A DNA stretch of 64,000 nucleotides, taken from positions 79,484,001 through 79,548,000 of the forward strand of contig OX597822.1 in NCBI GenBank assembly GCA_951406725.2, written 5' to 3'. The position numbers were made by a program, and so were the translations under genes. This DNA is from Octopus vulgaris (lineage: Eukaryota). Under the pieces are notes generated by a model, which had not been told where the DNA came from, searched no databases, and worked only from the letters and a program-made list of their open reading frames with translations. This document shows, piece by piece, positions 53,620 to 64,000 of this stretch (positions within the stretch are counted from its first letter, which is position 1; every line of letters starts with the position of its first letter).

Positions 53620-53927
53620 CAAAGACAGAATTTAATTAAATCAGAAGGACACATTAGTATAATTTTACCTAAAATCTCCAAGAGGATAAGGAGATAGATA
53701 AAGAACATGTTTTACCAACAACATGAGAGTTGCAACTATGATGTTGTTCAATTAAATGGAGTCGCATGAAACGATCGTACTGCATTACCTCTGGATATCC
53801 TTGTTGCTTATTTTTGCTTTTAATCACCTTATTTTGAAATTGTACGGATAATACCGTACTAAATTCTGGTGCCTCAACTTAAGTACCATATTCATCGTAA
53901 CCTACACACACACACGCGCGCGCGCAC

Positions 53928-53958
<31 letters not shown>

Positions 53959-54529
53959 CACCCACAAACACCCCCACACACATGTTTCTCTATGCAGGTC
54001 TTGCTACATAAATCTCATCAACAATGTGATGTGCAAGAATCCCTTGAGAATTCTTCAGCCAAGATCACTGAGTTTCCTGATGCAAAGAAATATGAAAGCG
54101 TGACAATCAATGAGAATTAAAGCCACTTGCCATAAATTCCAGTGATAATATACAACGTGTGGAGGTCAGTAACTTTCCGTATTTGGAGCCTAAATTGTTG
54201 AGAATAACAAATACGTCCCTACATGCAAAGGAGACAATCTTGGAGACCCTGTAACAAGGGTTAGGGTTTAAGATATCTAGCAACCAATTTGTCAAACTCA
54301 GTTACATTGGAAATTATATGTTTGAAATTTGAATAAAGTTTACCTCTTTTCAGACATAGAATGACTGAGTGCAAAGGAGAGAGAAAAAAACAAGCAAAAA
54401 CGAACGAATTTCTCTGAAAACAGTTTTAGAGTAATCAATATCGTGGAATCACGATCGTATTTGTCTTATCTTAAAAAGAATGCTTCCTCGATGGAAGGTT
54501 TTTAACAATTTTCCTTTTTCTCTTCACAG

Positions 54530-54656
54530 GATTGCTGCAATGACATTAGTTCTTGCTGTACCCGAAATTATTACCATAGTCAAACTTTTATGGAGCACGT
54601 CTTTTCTCCTCCATGGCAAATTAAGCGAATGGCCGTCGCTGCCATCTTTGGTATCG
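54530..54656 (+). CDS. CHS: Chitin synthase exon
   Basis: ttctcttcacag| ... |gtatgt; (W)IAAMTLVLAVPEIITIVKLLWSTSFLLHGKLSEWPSLPSLVS resembles the CHS N-terminal VPE..LW..WP segment; phase 2 to phase 0. Confidence 0.8.
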
Positions 54657-54956
54657 GTATGTCACAAATTTAATATTGTTTTCGAGTGTCACGCTGCATG
54701 TCATTTTACTAGTAACCATCATCTTTTACCCATTACTTTTTAAAGTCACTGGACAGGGGCCATGCTGGGGCATCGCCTTGAAGGGTATTAGTCGAAAAAA
54801 TCGAACCCAGTATTTAGGACTTAATTTCTTGAGGTTTGGCACTTACTCTACTAATCTCCTTTGCCGAACCGTTAAGTTACAGGTGGTAAACAAACCAACA
54901 CTAGTTGTCAAGCGGTGAGGACTAACAACAACACGAAGTCACACATAAAAAGGTAT

Positions 54957-54988
<32 letters not shown>

Positions 54989-55653
54989 CATACATACATA
55001 CATACATACATACATACATACATACACACACACATATGCATGTATGTATGTATGTATGTATGACGAGCGGTTACATGAAACTGAGTAATAGCTTGAAAAG
55101 GTGCCGCACAGTGAGACCGCTAAATATTCAACTCATTATATCTCACGTGAAGGAGCATGACCTAGTAGTACATGTATTAGACTCAACATCATAAGGTCGA
55201 TTCCTAGATCGGCTGTGGTATTGTGTCCCTTAACTAAGTAGCTTTAGTTCAGTTTAGTTTTGTTTAGTCCCAGTCTATTCACCCGTAAAATCTAGAAGTC
55301 GCGAGCTGGTGCAATCCTGCTTTACCCACAATTATCGCATCCCGGATGTCTTCTGAATGTAGAGTAAGAGGACCTAAAGAGTGTATGTATGTTCGAAACT
55401 ACATACGTAAGTAATACAATTAGTAAAATTGCAGTTCATGCCCTTCTCGCTCGCTAGAGTTCAGGGTGATCGTTAATTTTATAGGGTTTCCACGAGCGTC
55501 CCTTTGAAGTCTCCCTCTGTTGGGGGTTTAATTATTACAATTTTATTGTTATTCTGTTTACACATGCTTGAGTTCCACTCTATTTGTATTGTGCTGTCCT
55601 GGGCTTGCTCTATTCTTATCTCAGTTACGATTTCTCTGATATATTTCTTGAGT

Positions 55654-55972
55654 GAGGGCGCGTGGCTTAGTGGTTAGGGCACTCGGCTCATGATCGTAAG
55701 GTTGTGAGTTCGATTCCCGGCGACGCGTTGTATCCTTGAGCAAGACACTTTATTTCACGTTGCTCCAGTCCACTCAGCTGGCAAAAATGAGTTGTACTTG
55801 TATTTCAAAGGGTCAGCCTTGTCACTCTCTGTGTCACGCTGATTATCCCCGAGAACTACGTTAAGGGTACACGTGTCTGTGGAATGCTCAGCCATTTGCA
55901 CGTTAATTTCACGAGCAAGCTGTTCCGTTGATCGTATCAGCTGGGACCCTCGTCGTCGTAACCGGCGGAGTC
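55654..55972 (+). mobile_element. tRNA-derived SINE (3' part shared with the 13992 family)
   Basis: gcgtggcttagtggttag...gagttcgattccc head; the tail is the reverse complement of 13998-14180. Confidence 0.85.
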
Positions 55973-55989
55973 TTTTTTTAAAAATATTT

Positions 55990-56560
55990 CTTGAACTTGG
56001 TTGTTAGTGCTCCGAGTGCCCCTGCAGCTCCTGGGATGACAGACACTCTCCTCATAATCCACGTTTTTGCAATTTCGATTTTTAGAAGTTTGTACTTTTT
56101 CATTTATTCTAGTTCTTTGTCACTTATGCGTGCATCCTCAGGTATTGTAATATTTATAATCTTGATTCCAATTTTATCCTTATCTATCACAACAATGTCT
56201 AGTCTTCGAGCATCGGTTAGGGAGTCACATTGGATTGTAAAATCCCAGAGTATTTTATATTCTTTGTTCTTGGTGACTCCTTCTGGTTCGTGGTCTTTCC
56301 ATTTCTGTGCTCTGTCCAGGCCATACTTTTCACGTAGTCTCCATTGAACAAACTTAGCCACGTTATCGTGCCCCCTTTTGTAGTGCTTTTGGGCCAGCTT
56401 GCTACACTCACTCACAATATGTGAGATTGTTTTGTTCTTGCTGCCACACATCCTACAAAGGAGTGATTCGCTGCTCTTATCTATTCGGAAATTGGAGTAA
56501 TTAGGTCTCAGAGCTTGTTCTTGAGCGCTGAATATCAATGCCTCAGTGCATCCTCTTGGC
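55990..56560 (-). mobile_element. R4/Dong-clade LINE 3' fragment (CCHC plus RLE)
   Basis: CRMCGSKNKTISHIVSEC, RGHDNVAK and ILWDFTIQCD...ARRLDIVVIDK. Confidence 0.87.
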
Positions 56561-57075
56561 TAGTCTGTTTCAGAGGACTTTCCGGTCGGGAACTACCACG
56601 GGTAAGTGATACAGGGGGCACTACCGGTTCGAGATGAGCTCTACAAGTACGGATGTGCTGTCAGATGAGTTTGTCCGAGGTGCGCTCAGAGTGACGAAAT
56701 TGTTCTTCTTGCGGTCAGTATCCGGGCGTTGTTCACTTGTGGGGTTATCTCGACTTTGCATTTTATCTTTTCAGGCTGGATCGGTCAATGCAATCCACTT
56801 ACCCCCTCGCACGAAATTCCTGGCCTTGTGCCAAAAATTGAAATCATCATTATCATCATCATCATTATTATTATTGCAAAGACATTATTGGCAACGTTAA
56901 CGTAACAGATCAATCAGTTGAAAACCTATAAAACTAGAAATCTCACTCTCTTTTTCTCGCTCTCCTTCTCTCTCTCTGTCTCGCTTTCTCCCTGTCTGTC
57001 TGTTTTGTCTCTCTGATGTTTTACCTCTTCTTCCACCGGTTTGATCCATGCTATTTCCATTTTATCTATTTTCAG

Positions 57076-57222
57076 GGTATCGTCTGCTCTATAATGGAAA
57101 GCACCGCATTAATATTTTTTCTTATGATAGTCGGTCCCAAACTTCATCCGATTATCCTAATCCCTTTACTAAGCAGTGTGCTCTGCTTGAAAATAGTTTC
57201 ACTGTCTTTTAAACAGGGATTG
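57076..57222 (+). CDS. CHS: Chitin synthase exon
   Basis: tattttcag| ... |gtaagt; 147 bp, phase 0/0; hydrophobic GIVCSIMESTALIFFLMIVGPKLHPIILIPLLSSVLCLKIVSLSFKQGL. Confidence 0.83.
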
Positions 57223-57684
57223 GTAAGTATTTAGCTATTCGAAGATATATCAGTTGTTTAATGCATTCCTTTGCATTTATTAATATGCATGTATATAAAA
57301 AGCTCAGACTGGATAACGCTTGGAAAATAAACCAACTTACACACTGCATATATTAACATACATTAACATATCTATTCTATATATCCTTTCTATGGATGTA
57401 TATCCATGTTTTTTGTGGAAATATGTGAAGAGTGATATTGTACCGTCCATGGATGCACGAGTATATAACGGTGTCATGAAGTTCAATGACACCGTTTTAT
57501 AAATTATATACACAGACTGTCAAAATATGAACTTTATTCTACATCTGTATTGAATATTCTTTATCCGATTCATGAAATGCTTTTACATTGCATACATACG
57601 TATATACATACATACATACATACATACATACATACGTACGTACGTAACGTATGTACATGCATACACACACACACATACATATAT

Positions 57685-57982
57685 ATCACCGTGATCACCG
57701 TGACCGACCGGGCTATCAGATGTTGCTACACATCGCTGGTCACAATGCGCTTCGCATTGTTTTAGCCTTCAAATGACGCCACCCCGCTGGCTAAGCGAGC
57801 AGGCCAACTGAAAAAAAGGTGAGAGAAAGTTGTGGCGAAAGAGTACAGCAGGGATCGCCACTACCTTCTGCCGGAGCCTTGTGGAGCTTTTAGGTGTTTT
57901 CGCTCAATAAACACACACAACGCCCAGTCTGGGAATCGAAACCGCTATCCTCCGACCGCGAGTCCGCTGCCCTAACCACTGG

Positions 57983-57987
<5 letters not shown>
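57685..57987 (-). mobile_element. SINE copy, head cut off by (TA)n
   Basis: 57820-57987 matches the head of the 13992/38641 family, but the tail differs. Confidence 0.7.
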
Positions 57988-58025
<38 letters not shown>

Positions 58026-58065
58026 TCTCACTTTCAGTGTTTTCAAATCCAAACCAAGGAGTTTC

Positions 58066-58117
58066 TGAGCTGATGATAGAAGTGTCTTGATGACTAATCT
58101 TGAAACGTACGTTCTCA
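58066..58117 (+). ncRNA. Type I hammerhead, copy 1
   Basis: tgag-CTGATGA-taga...tctt-GAAA-cgtacg-TT-ctca; palindrome acgtacgt; GUU triplet, predicted cut after 58113. Confidence 0.83.
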
Positions 58118-58626
58118 AATAACCTTTGCATTTGATTTTTTTATGTCTTTACCCCCAAACTTTCGTGAGTTGAGTTGACCAAACACTATACGAGAGAGAT
58201 TTTCTTTAAGTATTAGAAATGGTTTTTAAAAAAGTTTTTTAGCTGCTATTTCTAATGAGTTCAGTATGCGGCAAAGTAATTTATTTTACTAAGCCCTTTT
58301 ATATATTGTAATAATTTGAATTCGCCTTAAATGGTCCCTTTGCATACTGAACACTTGGTGAAATTAATTAATAATTAATTAATTTTACCCTCAATTGTTG
58401 AAATTATAATTAATCTCCCTCTAATTAATGCTTCGGATTTTACCGAAATAAGCAGAGTGTTTGTTGATTTTAACCCACGCTGGTGGAAAGGGGAGAGCAG
58501 AAATTCTTCGCTTGCATGTTTGAGTTTGTTGGCACTGTTAGTTACGAGCAGATCTTCGAAAGCGATGAGAGGCCGAAGGAGTATGCTCTCACTTTCAGTG
58601 TTTTCAAATCCAAACCAAGGAGTTTC

Positions 58627-58678
58627 TGAGCTGATGATAGAAGTGTCTTGATGACTAATCTTGAAACGTACGTTCTCA
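58627..58678 (+). ncRNA. Type I hammerhead, copy 2
   Basis: Identical to copy 1; predicted cut after 58674. Confidence 0.83.
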
Positions 58679-58869
58679 AATAACCTTTGCATTTGATTTT
58701 TTTATGTCTTTACCCCCAAACTTTCGTGAGTTGAGTTGACCAAACACTATACGAGAGAGATTTTCTTTAAGTATTAGAAATGGTTTTTAAAAAAGTTTTT
58801 TAGCTGCTATTTCTAATGAGTTCAGTATGCGGCAAAGTAATTTATTTTACTAAGCCCTTTTATATATTG

Positions 58870-58949
<80 letters not shown>

Positions 58950-59049
58950 TACATACAGACAAACACATAGAGGAAATAATTATGCAATAACTGCCCACTC
59001 ACGCGTATATGCTAGCAATGAAATATATCCATGTATTGTGTGAATGTTT

Positions 59050-60640
59050 GTGAGCCGCACCTATACAAATGCGCCTATTTTTAGTGTAGATTGAACGAGG
59101 ATATCTACACTAGACGCCAGAAGTATGAGGAGTGTTTGAGCATTTGTGATTGAATGTGAGACGAGGGCAATGACATCCGCGAAGTCGAAACCAGTGAGGT
59201 AGGATACTGGACGACATGAACCTTGCCGGGAACAAAGAGTTATGCCTTGTTCAAATAATGTAGCATGCCGTAATACATGACCCAAGATTATAGTGAAAAG
59301 GAAAGGCGTTAAGGTGTCCTCTTGGAGTACTCCTGCGAATGTGACGGTGCCTCCGTCAGGGGTGCATACGAGACATTTGTAGTTTGCATAGATAGAGAGG
59401 ATAGCATTTACAACTTCGTTTGGCTTGCTGTTAGCAGAGGGAATCTGAAACATTCGCTTACGGTGGACAAAGAAAAAGCTCTGAGGAAATTCCCAGAGTA
59501 GGCGCACACAGACTTACGTTTCTTTGCTGAGATTGTTTCAATGAATCGGCGAAGAGTTAAAATAGGTTCGAGAGTGGAGAGGCCTTTGCGAAAGTTGTTT
59601 TGGTTTGATCTGAGTAGTGTTTCGATAGGGTTTCGGATGTAATGAACATGATACAGTTGAAGAGTTTTGCTGAGCATGACATCAAGGTGATGCCATGATA
59701 CGAGCCATATTCTGATAGATCTCTCTTCTTCGGAACAGGAATGATGCGGTTCAGCTTGAATTTCGATGGAGCTTGAGTGGGGATGTAAGTAGAATTTAGA
59801 ATAGGAAGAAGTAAAAAGAAGTCAACCTGGAAGCACACCGTCAACGCCACACGATTTGCCAGTCTTAAGCTGTTTAGCGGCAGTTAATACTTCTCTGAGA
59901 GTAATCTTACCATTTGGAATATTGGTGAGCAGCGGTGGGATTGGCATCACAATTAAGTTTTCTGTGAGATATTTATTGCTATTGAACCGCTTTTCAAAGT
60001 GGAATTTCTAGACTGCTAGCATATCTTGCGGGTTGAAAATGCTGGTGTGGGTGATCTTACACTTTCATGGGGGCCAATTGAGTCAGTTAGCGATTTCTGC
60101 TACTTCAGCTCTCGTGGGTTGCTCTACCAGGACAGTTGTTAACCTTCGTAAAACGATAGTATGGTCAGCATTCGACAAGTTATGGAAATTTTGGGAAACA
60201 CCACAATTGTTATGCGGCCTAAAACTGCCCTGTTTCGTGCTACAGTCGTATATATTCTGCTCTAAGACTGTAGATACTGGCCTCCTACGGCGGCCGAAAA
60301 GCGATCACTAGACGGCACATACACTCGACTTCTGTGCAAGGCTTTTAACATCTCTTGCAGTAGCCATATATTAAGCAAGCCACTATATGAATCTTTACTG
60401 TCCATCAGCCGGACAGTCAAAGACGGATAAAGTTCGCAGGCCATTTGTTTCATCAAATAGGCCAGCCTGTCATTGTCCTATGGACCCCGTGGGGACGTTA
60501 AAGCCTGTCCTGTGCACGTATGAGGGACACAAGACTGTGTACTGTCTCAGATTTGACACGTGTAATGTCATCTCGCACAACATGGGGAAAAGATTTGCTC
60601 ATGGGTTGGAGTCGACATCCACAAGTGTGGCGTAGATGAT
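59050..60640. mobile_element. Decayed RTE-type LINE with 5' inversion
   Basis: Minus-strand RT at 59050-60130 (IIPVPKKRDLS, YHGITLMS, GVLQEDTLTPFLF, FDFADVIAL); plus-strand post-RT region at 60150-60640 (WSAFDKLWKFW, SLDGTYTRLL). Confidence 0.82.
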
Positions 60641-60658
60641 CACAAACACACACACTCA

Positions 60659-60700
<42 letters not shown>

Positions 60701-60856
60701 ATTATGGGTGCAGGCGTGGCTTATAGTTGTGGTAAGGAACTTGTTTCTCAGCCACATGGTTTCAGATTCTGTCCAACTGCAAGTAATTTTACAATAGCCT
60801 TGGGCCAACCAAATCCTTGTTACTGGATGAAGTAGACTGAAACCGAAAGAAACTCG

Positions 60857-60906
<50 letters not shown>

Positions 60907-61583
60907 TGTTGTGTCTGGGGAGAGTCATTCTCTTTTAGTGCCTTATTATTTAACACACCCACCGGTAAAATTTCCACTTATTTCTTATTTTTTATTTTCT
61001 AAAATTTTCGTTGCATCTTGCAACCTATACATGCATGTATGTACGTATGTATGTATGTGTGTGTGTGTGTGTTTGCATGTGTATGTATATATGTGTGTGT
61101 ATGCATATGTATGTATGTGTGTGTATCTGTATGTACGTATCCTGCATATTTATGTGCTTGCTTATCCGTGTTTGTGTATTTTCTATGTGTATGTGTGAGC
61201 ATGTGTTTGTATATGTATGCATCACTGTCTCCTTGTGTGTGCATGTCTGTGTGTGTGTGTGTGTTATGTAACTATGTACCATGTTTGTATGTATGGATGT
61301 GTATCTTTATATGTGTGGATCCGTGTCTCCATATGTGTTTGTTCATATAGTCTATATACCTATCTGTCTGTATATTGATCTGTTCATTTACATATCTAAA
61401 TGCTTATTTACACACACATGCACACACAGACATATGTATATATTTAACTATAAACGTCTCTTCACTTGCCAACAAATATATTCAGCTTTTGTATGAAATG
61501 CTGCCATGTAATATGGCCTACCCTTAGAAAATACCAAATTCTTAATACTTTTGTACTTATTTCTCTCTTTTCTTTTTTTCCAG

Positions 61584-62500
61584 CGCATATTGGGCCATAA
61601 TAACATCGATTCAAACACTAAAACGCTGAAGAATCTGATCTGTGTTGCATTCGGACTAATTTCTGTAATATTAGTTGTGGCCGCATCGTTTATGACTGGT
61701 TTTAGCCAAATCTTGACTACTTCAGAATCTCTCATTCTCTCCACATCCTTATTGGCTTTATCTTTCACGTGGTGTCCTGGAATAGCAACATTTACATTAC
61801 GACCCCGAGCTGACTTCGTTGATGGTCGTAAAAATGCCAGTATAATTTATACCATTTTGAAATTGGTAGTACTTTTTGTCTTAACCGTTGCTGTAATTCA
61901 CTTAAACCACCAGAACAGCTTCGAAGAATCATTTTACAGCTTATTGCAAGGTTTCCTCAATATAAACTCAACAAAAACCATCAGCAATGGACTCTTGATT
62001 CACCTCTTTGCTGGTTTATTATCTCACGTATCTACTTACATATCAACACGAATATGCCTTACACGTAGTGGTATTTACCTACCAACAATATTTGTCACTC
62101 CGATCACAATCTTGATCATCATTGTTGACAATTTCTATGGAGTTTTTCATATCGTAAAGTTGTCTGCCCTGTCAGGATTAACTCTTGCTTCGTGGTTTTG
62201 TTTCGGAATTGCAATTTTACTTTGGTTGTTACCAATTCTAATGCTGGGCATGAACCATACACCTGTACCAAATTCCATACTGAAATCTTCGGAATCGAAC
62301 TTCTTAAGTTTTACTTACAACAATATCTTCCTCGAACATCATTTGCATTTGAATTACAGACCGGAAGGGATTCATACCAGACAGGATAAGACAAGTGAAA
62401 TGTTGACCGGGGTACCCAGCGTGAGCAAAGTTTTTATATGTACAACCATGTATAGAGAAGCAGAATTCGAAATGAAGCGACTCCTGAAAAGTTTAGAAGG
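61584..62500 (+). CDS. CHS: Chitin synthase large exon (transmembrane region to start of the GT2 catalytic domain); gene continues beyond the window
   Basis: Strong acceptor tctttttttccag| and donor |gtaaat; 917 bp open; multi-pass TM segments, [15 protein letters not shown] and [22 protein letters not shown] (metazoan CHS CxTM(W/Y)xE motif). Confidence 0.9.
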
Positions 62501-62524
62501 GTAAATAACTATTTTTAACACACA

Positions 62525-62659
<135 letters not shown>

Positions 62660-62699
62660 GTACATATATGACTCTAAGGTGTTTTAATGATGTATAATG

Positions 62700-63530
62700 T
62701 GTGGAGTGGGAAGGTGTTGTGGGTGTGTATGTGATGTGTGAAGTGAATGATTAGTTGCACAGTATGTATGGGTGTTTGTATAGTAGTGATTGTGGGTGAG
62801 GGTACTGAGGTGGGCGGTATGCAAGTGTGTAGGTGGCGGGTGCGGGCGGTGAGTGGGAATCCTTATGGGATTGGTATCAAAGGAAGAGAGGAGGTGAGGT
62901 TGGTATAAGATGAAGAGAGAAGGTTAGTTGAGCCCTGTGGCACAAAGGAACGAAGAGAGAAGATTAATTCCTGTTCACGATGTAGGCGGGAGTCCGGGTG
63001 GGCCCTGTGCAGAGACAATTCAAACACAGAGAAATATAGCAAATGACTAATAGAGAGGAAATGGGGCGTCATTGCCGAGTCTGATTCCTGGAGGTGCTCC
63101 GCGAGCCAGTTAGCCAAGTGGCGTCCCAGTTGACCAATGCACAGGGAAGGACAGAGAGAGCAGGAGATGCAGTAAATAGCATTACTAGAGGTGCAGGTAA
63201 AGAAGTCGGTGACGTGATAGGGACGGTGATGGGTGCCTGTGAGGATGGTGGTGTTGGAGAGGTAGGGGCAGGCGCGACAGCGTAGGCGGGAGCAGGGGAA
63301 GGAACCAGGCTGGGAGACGGTAGTAGGGAAGAAACTGTGGACCAGGAGGTCACGCAGGTTATGGGCGCGTTTGAAGGAAGGAAGGAAGGGGTAGGTTAGG
63401 GAAGATGTGCGAGGTGGATGGGTCGGACTGGAGTCGCCGGAAGGTTCGGAGAATGGTTCGTGGAGGGTTAGGGTGGAGGGGTCGTAGGTAAGGGGAAACG
63501 GAAAGATGTGGTTGGAAATCAAACTTTTTG
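62700..63530 (-). mobile_element. Penelope-like element C-terminal fragment (Zn motif plus GIY-YIG)
   Basis: FKRAHNLRDLLVHS, PCSRLRCRACPY, FTCTSSNAIYCISCSLC and CIGQLGRHLANWLAEH. Confidence 0.88.
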
Positions 63531-64000
63531 TGCCACAGCGACAACTGCGCCTATATATAATTTCATTACACTAGAATTAGAGACAAAACATGTAGACAAT
63601 GCACAGAGAGTTGCACTTGGCTCTGATTTGTAAATATGTAATAAAGGTGATCGAGAAGTAAAGTTAGCAATGATTTTGTTGCTGTAATTATGATTCTTTG
63701 TTCTATTTCGGTAGGGCCATTATGTCAATAATAAGCACTGGTTCTATTTCACTTCTTCATTTATTTGTCAATTGGTTGACTACTTAATCAATTAACTAAC
63801 TGATTGTTTAATTAATTGTTAAGTTAAACAGTTAATCAGCTAGGTTTGTCAAAGTCTTTTTGTCGCCATTTGCGACGTCACGAAGACATGCCCTCTCTAC
63901 TTGAAGTCCATTTCAGATTTGCCTGTCTGAATTTGTCAGTTGCATCTTTTTGCTTTCATTAAATTTCTTCTGTGAATTCCAGATTATCCTTGTCGAAAAA

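Larger units (their letters stand above)
58021..58874 (+). mobile_element. Retrozyme/PLE pLTR-like partial tandem: 293-bp direct repeats around a 268-bp core, flanked by (TA)n
   Basis: 58021-58313 equals 58582-58874 (period 561); each repeat carries a hammerhead. Confidence 0.85.

Noticed and set aside
54354-54456. Acceptor-like site upstream of CHS exon 54530
   Set aside because: Stops in all three frames before a plausible donor.

Overview
AT-rich eukaryotic genomic DNA full of microsatellites and SINEs; the repeat content suggests a coleoid cephalopod, probably Octopus (inference). Two host genes are supported. (1) An uninterrupted 5-kb minus-strand ORF (4755-9779, 1674 aa) with a short N-terminal coiled coil followed by about six tandem NHL-like beta-propeller units. 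(2) Four phase-compatible plus-strand exons (48186-62500) of a chitin synthase that continues beyond the window. The rest is transposon-derived: tRNA-derived SINEs, a decayed full-length L1/Tx1 LINE with a 17-bp TSD, an ORF1-only L1 derivative, RTE and R4/Dong-type LINE fragments, Penelope-like element (PLE) remnants, Helitron pieces, mariner fragments and MITEs. Manual reading found about a dozen minimal type I hammerhead ribozyme (HHR) motifs with palindromic stem III. Two identical ones lie in tandem 561 nt apart, in sense orientation inside a chitin synthase intron (retrozyme-like). A small GC-rich HHR-bearing element family is also present, and one copy was the landing site of the Tx1 LINE. 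All calls are from manual inspection; repeat boundaries are approximate.
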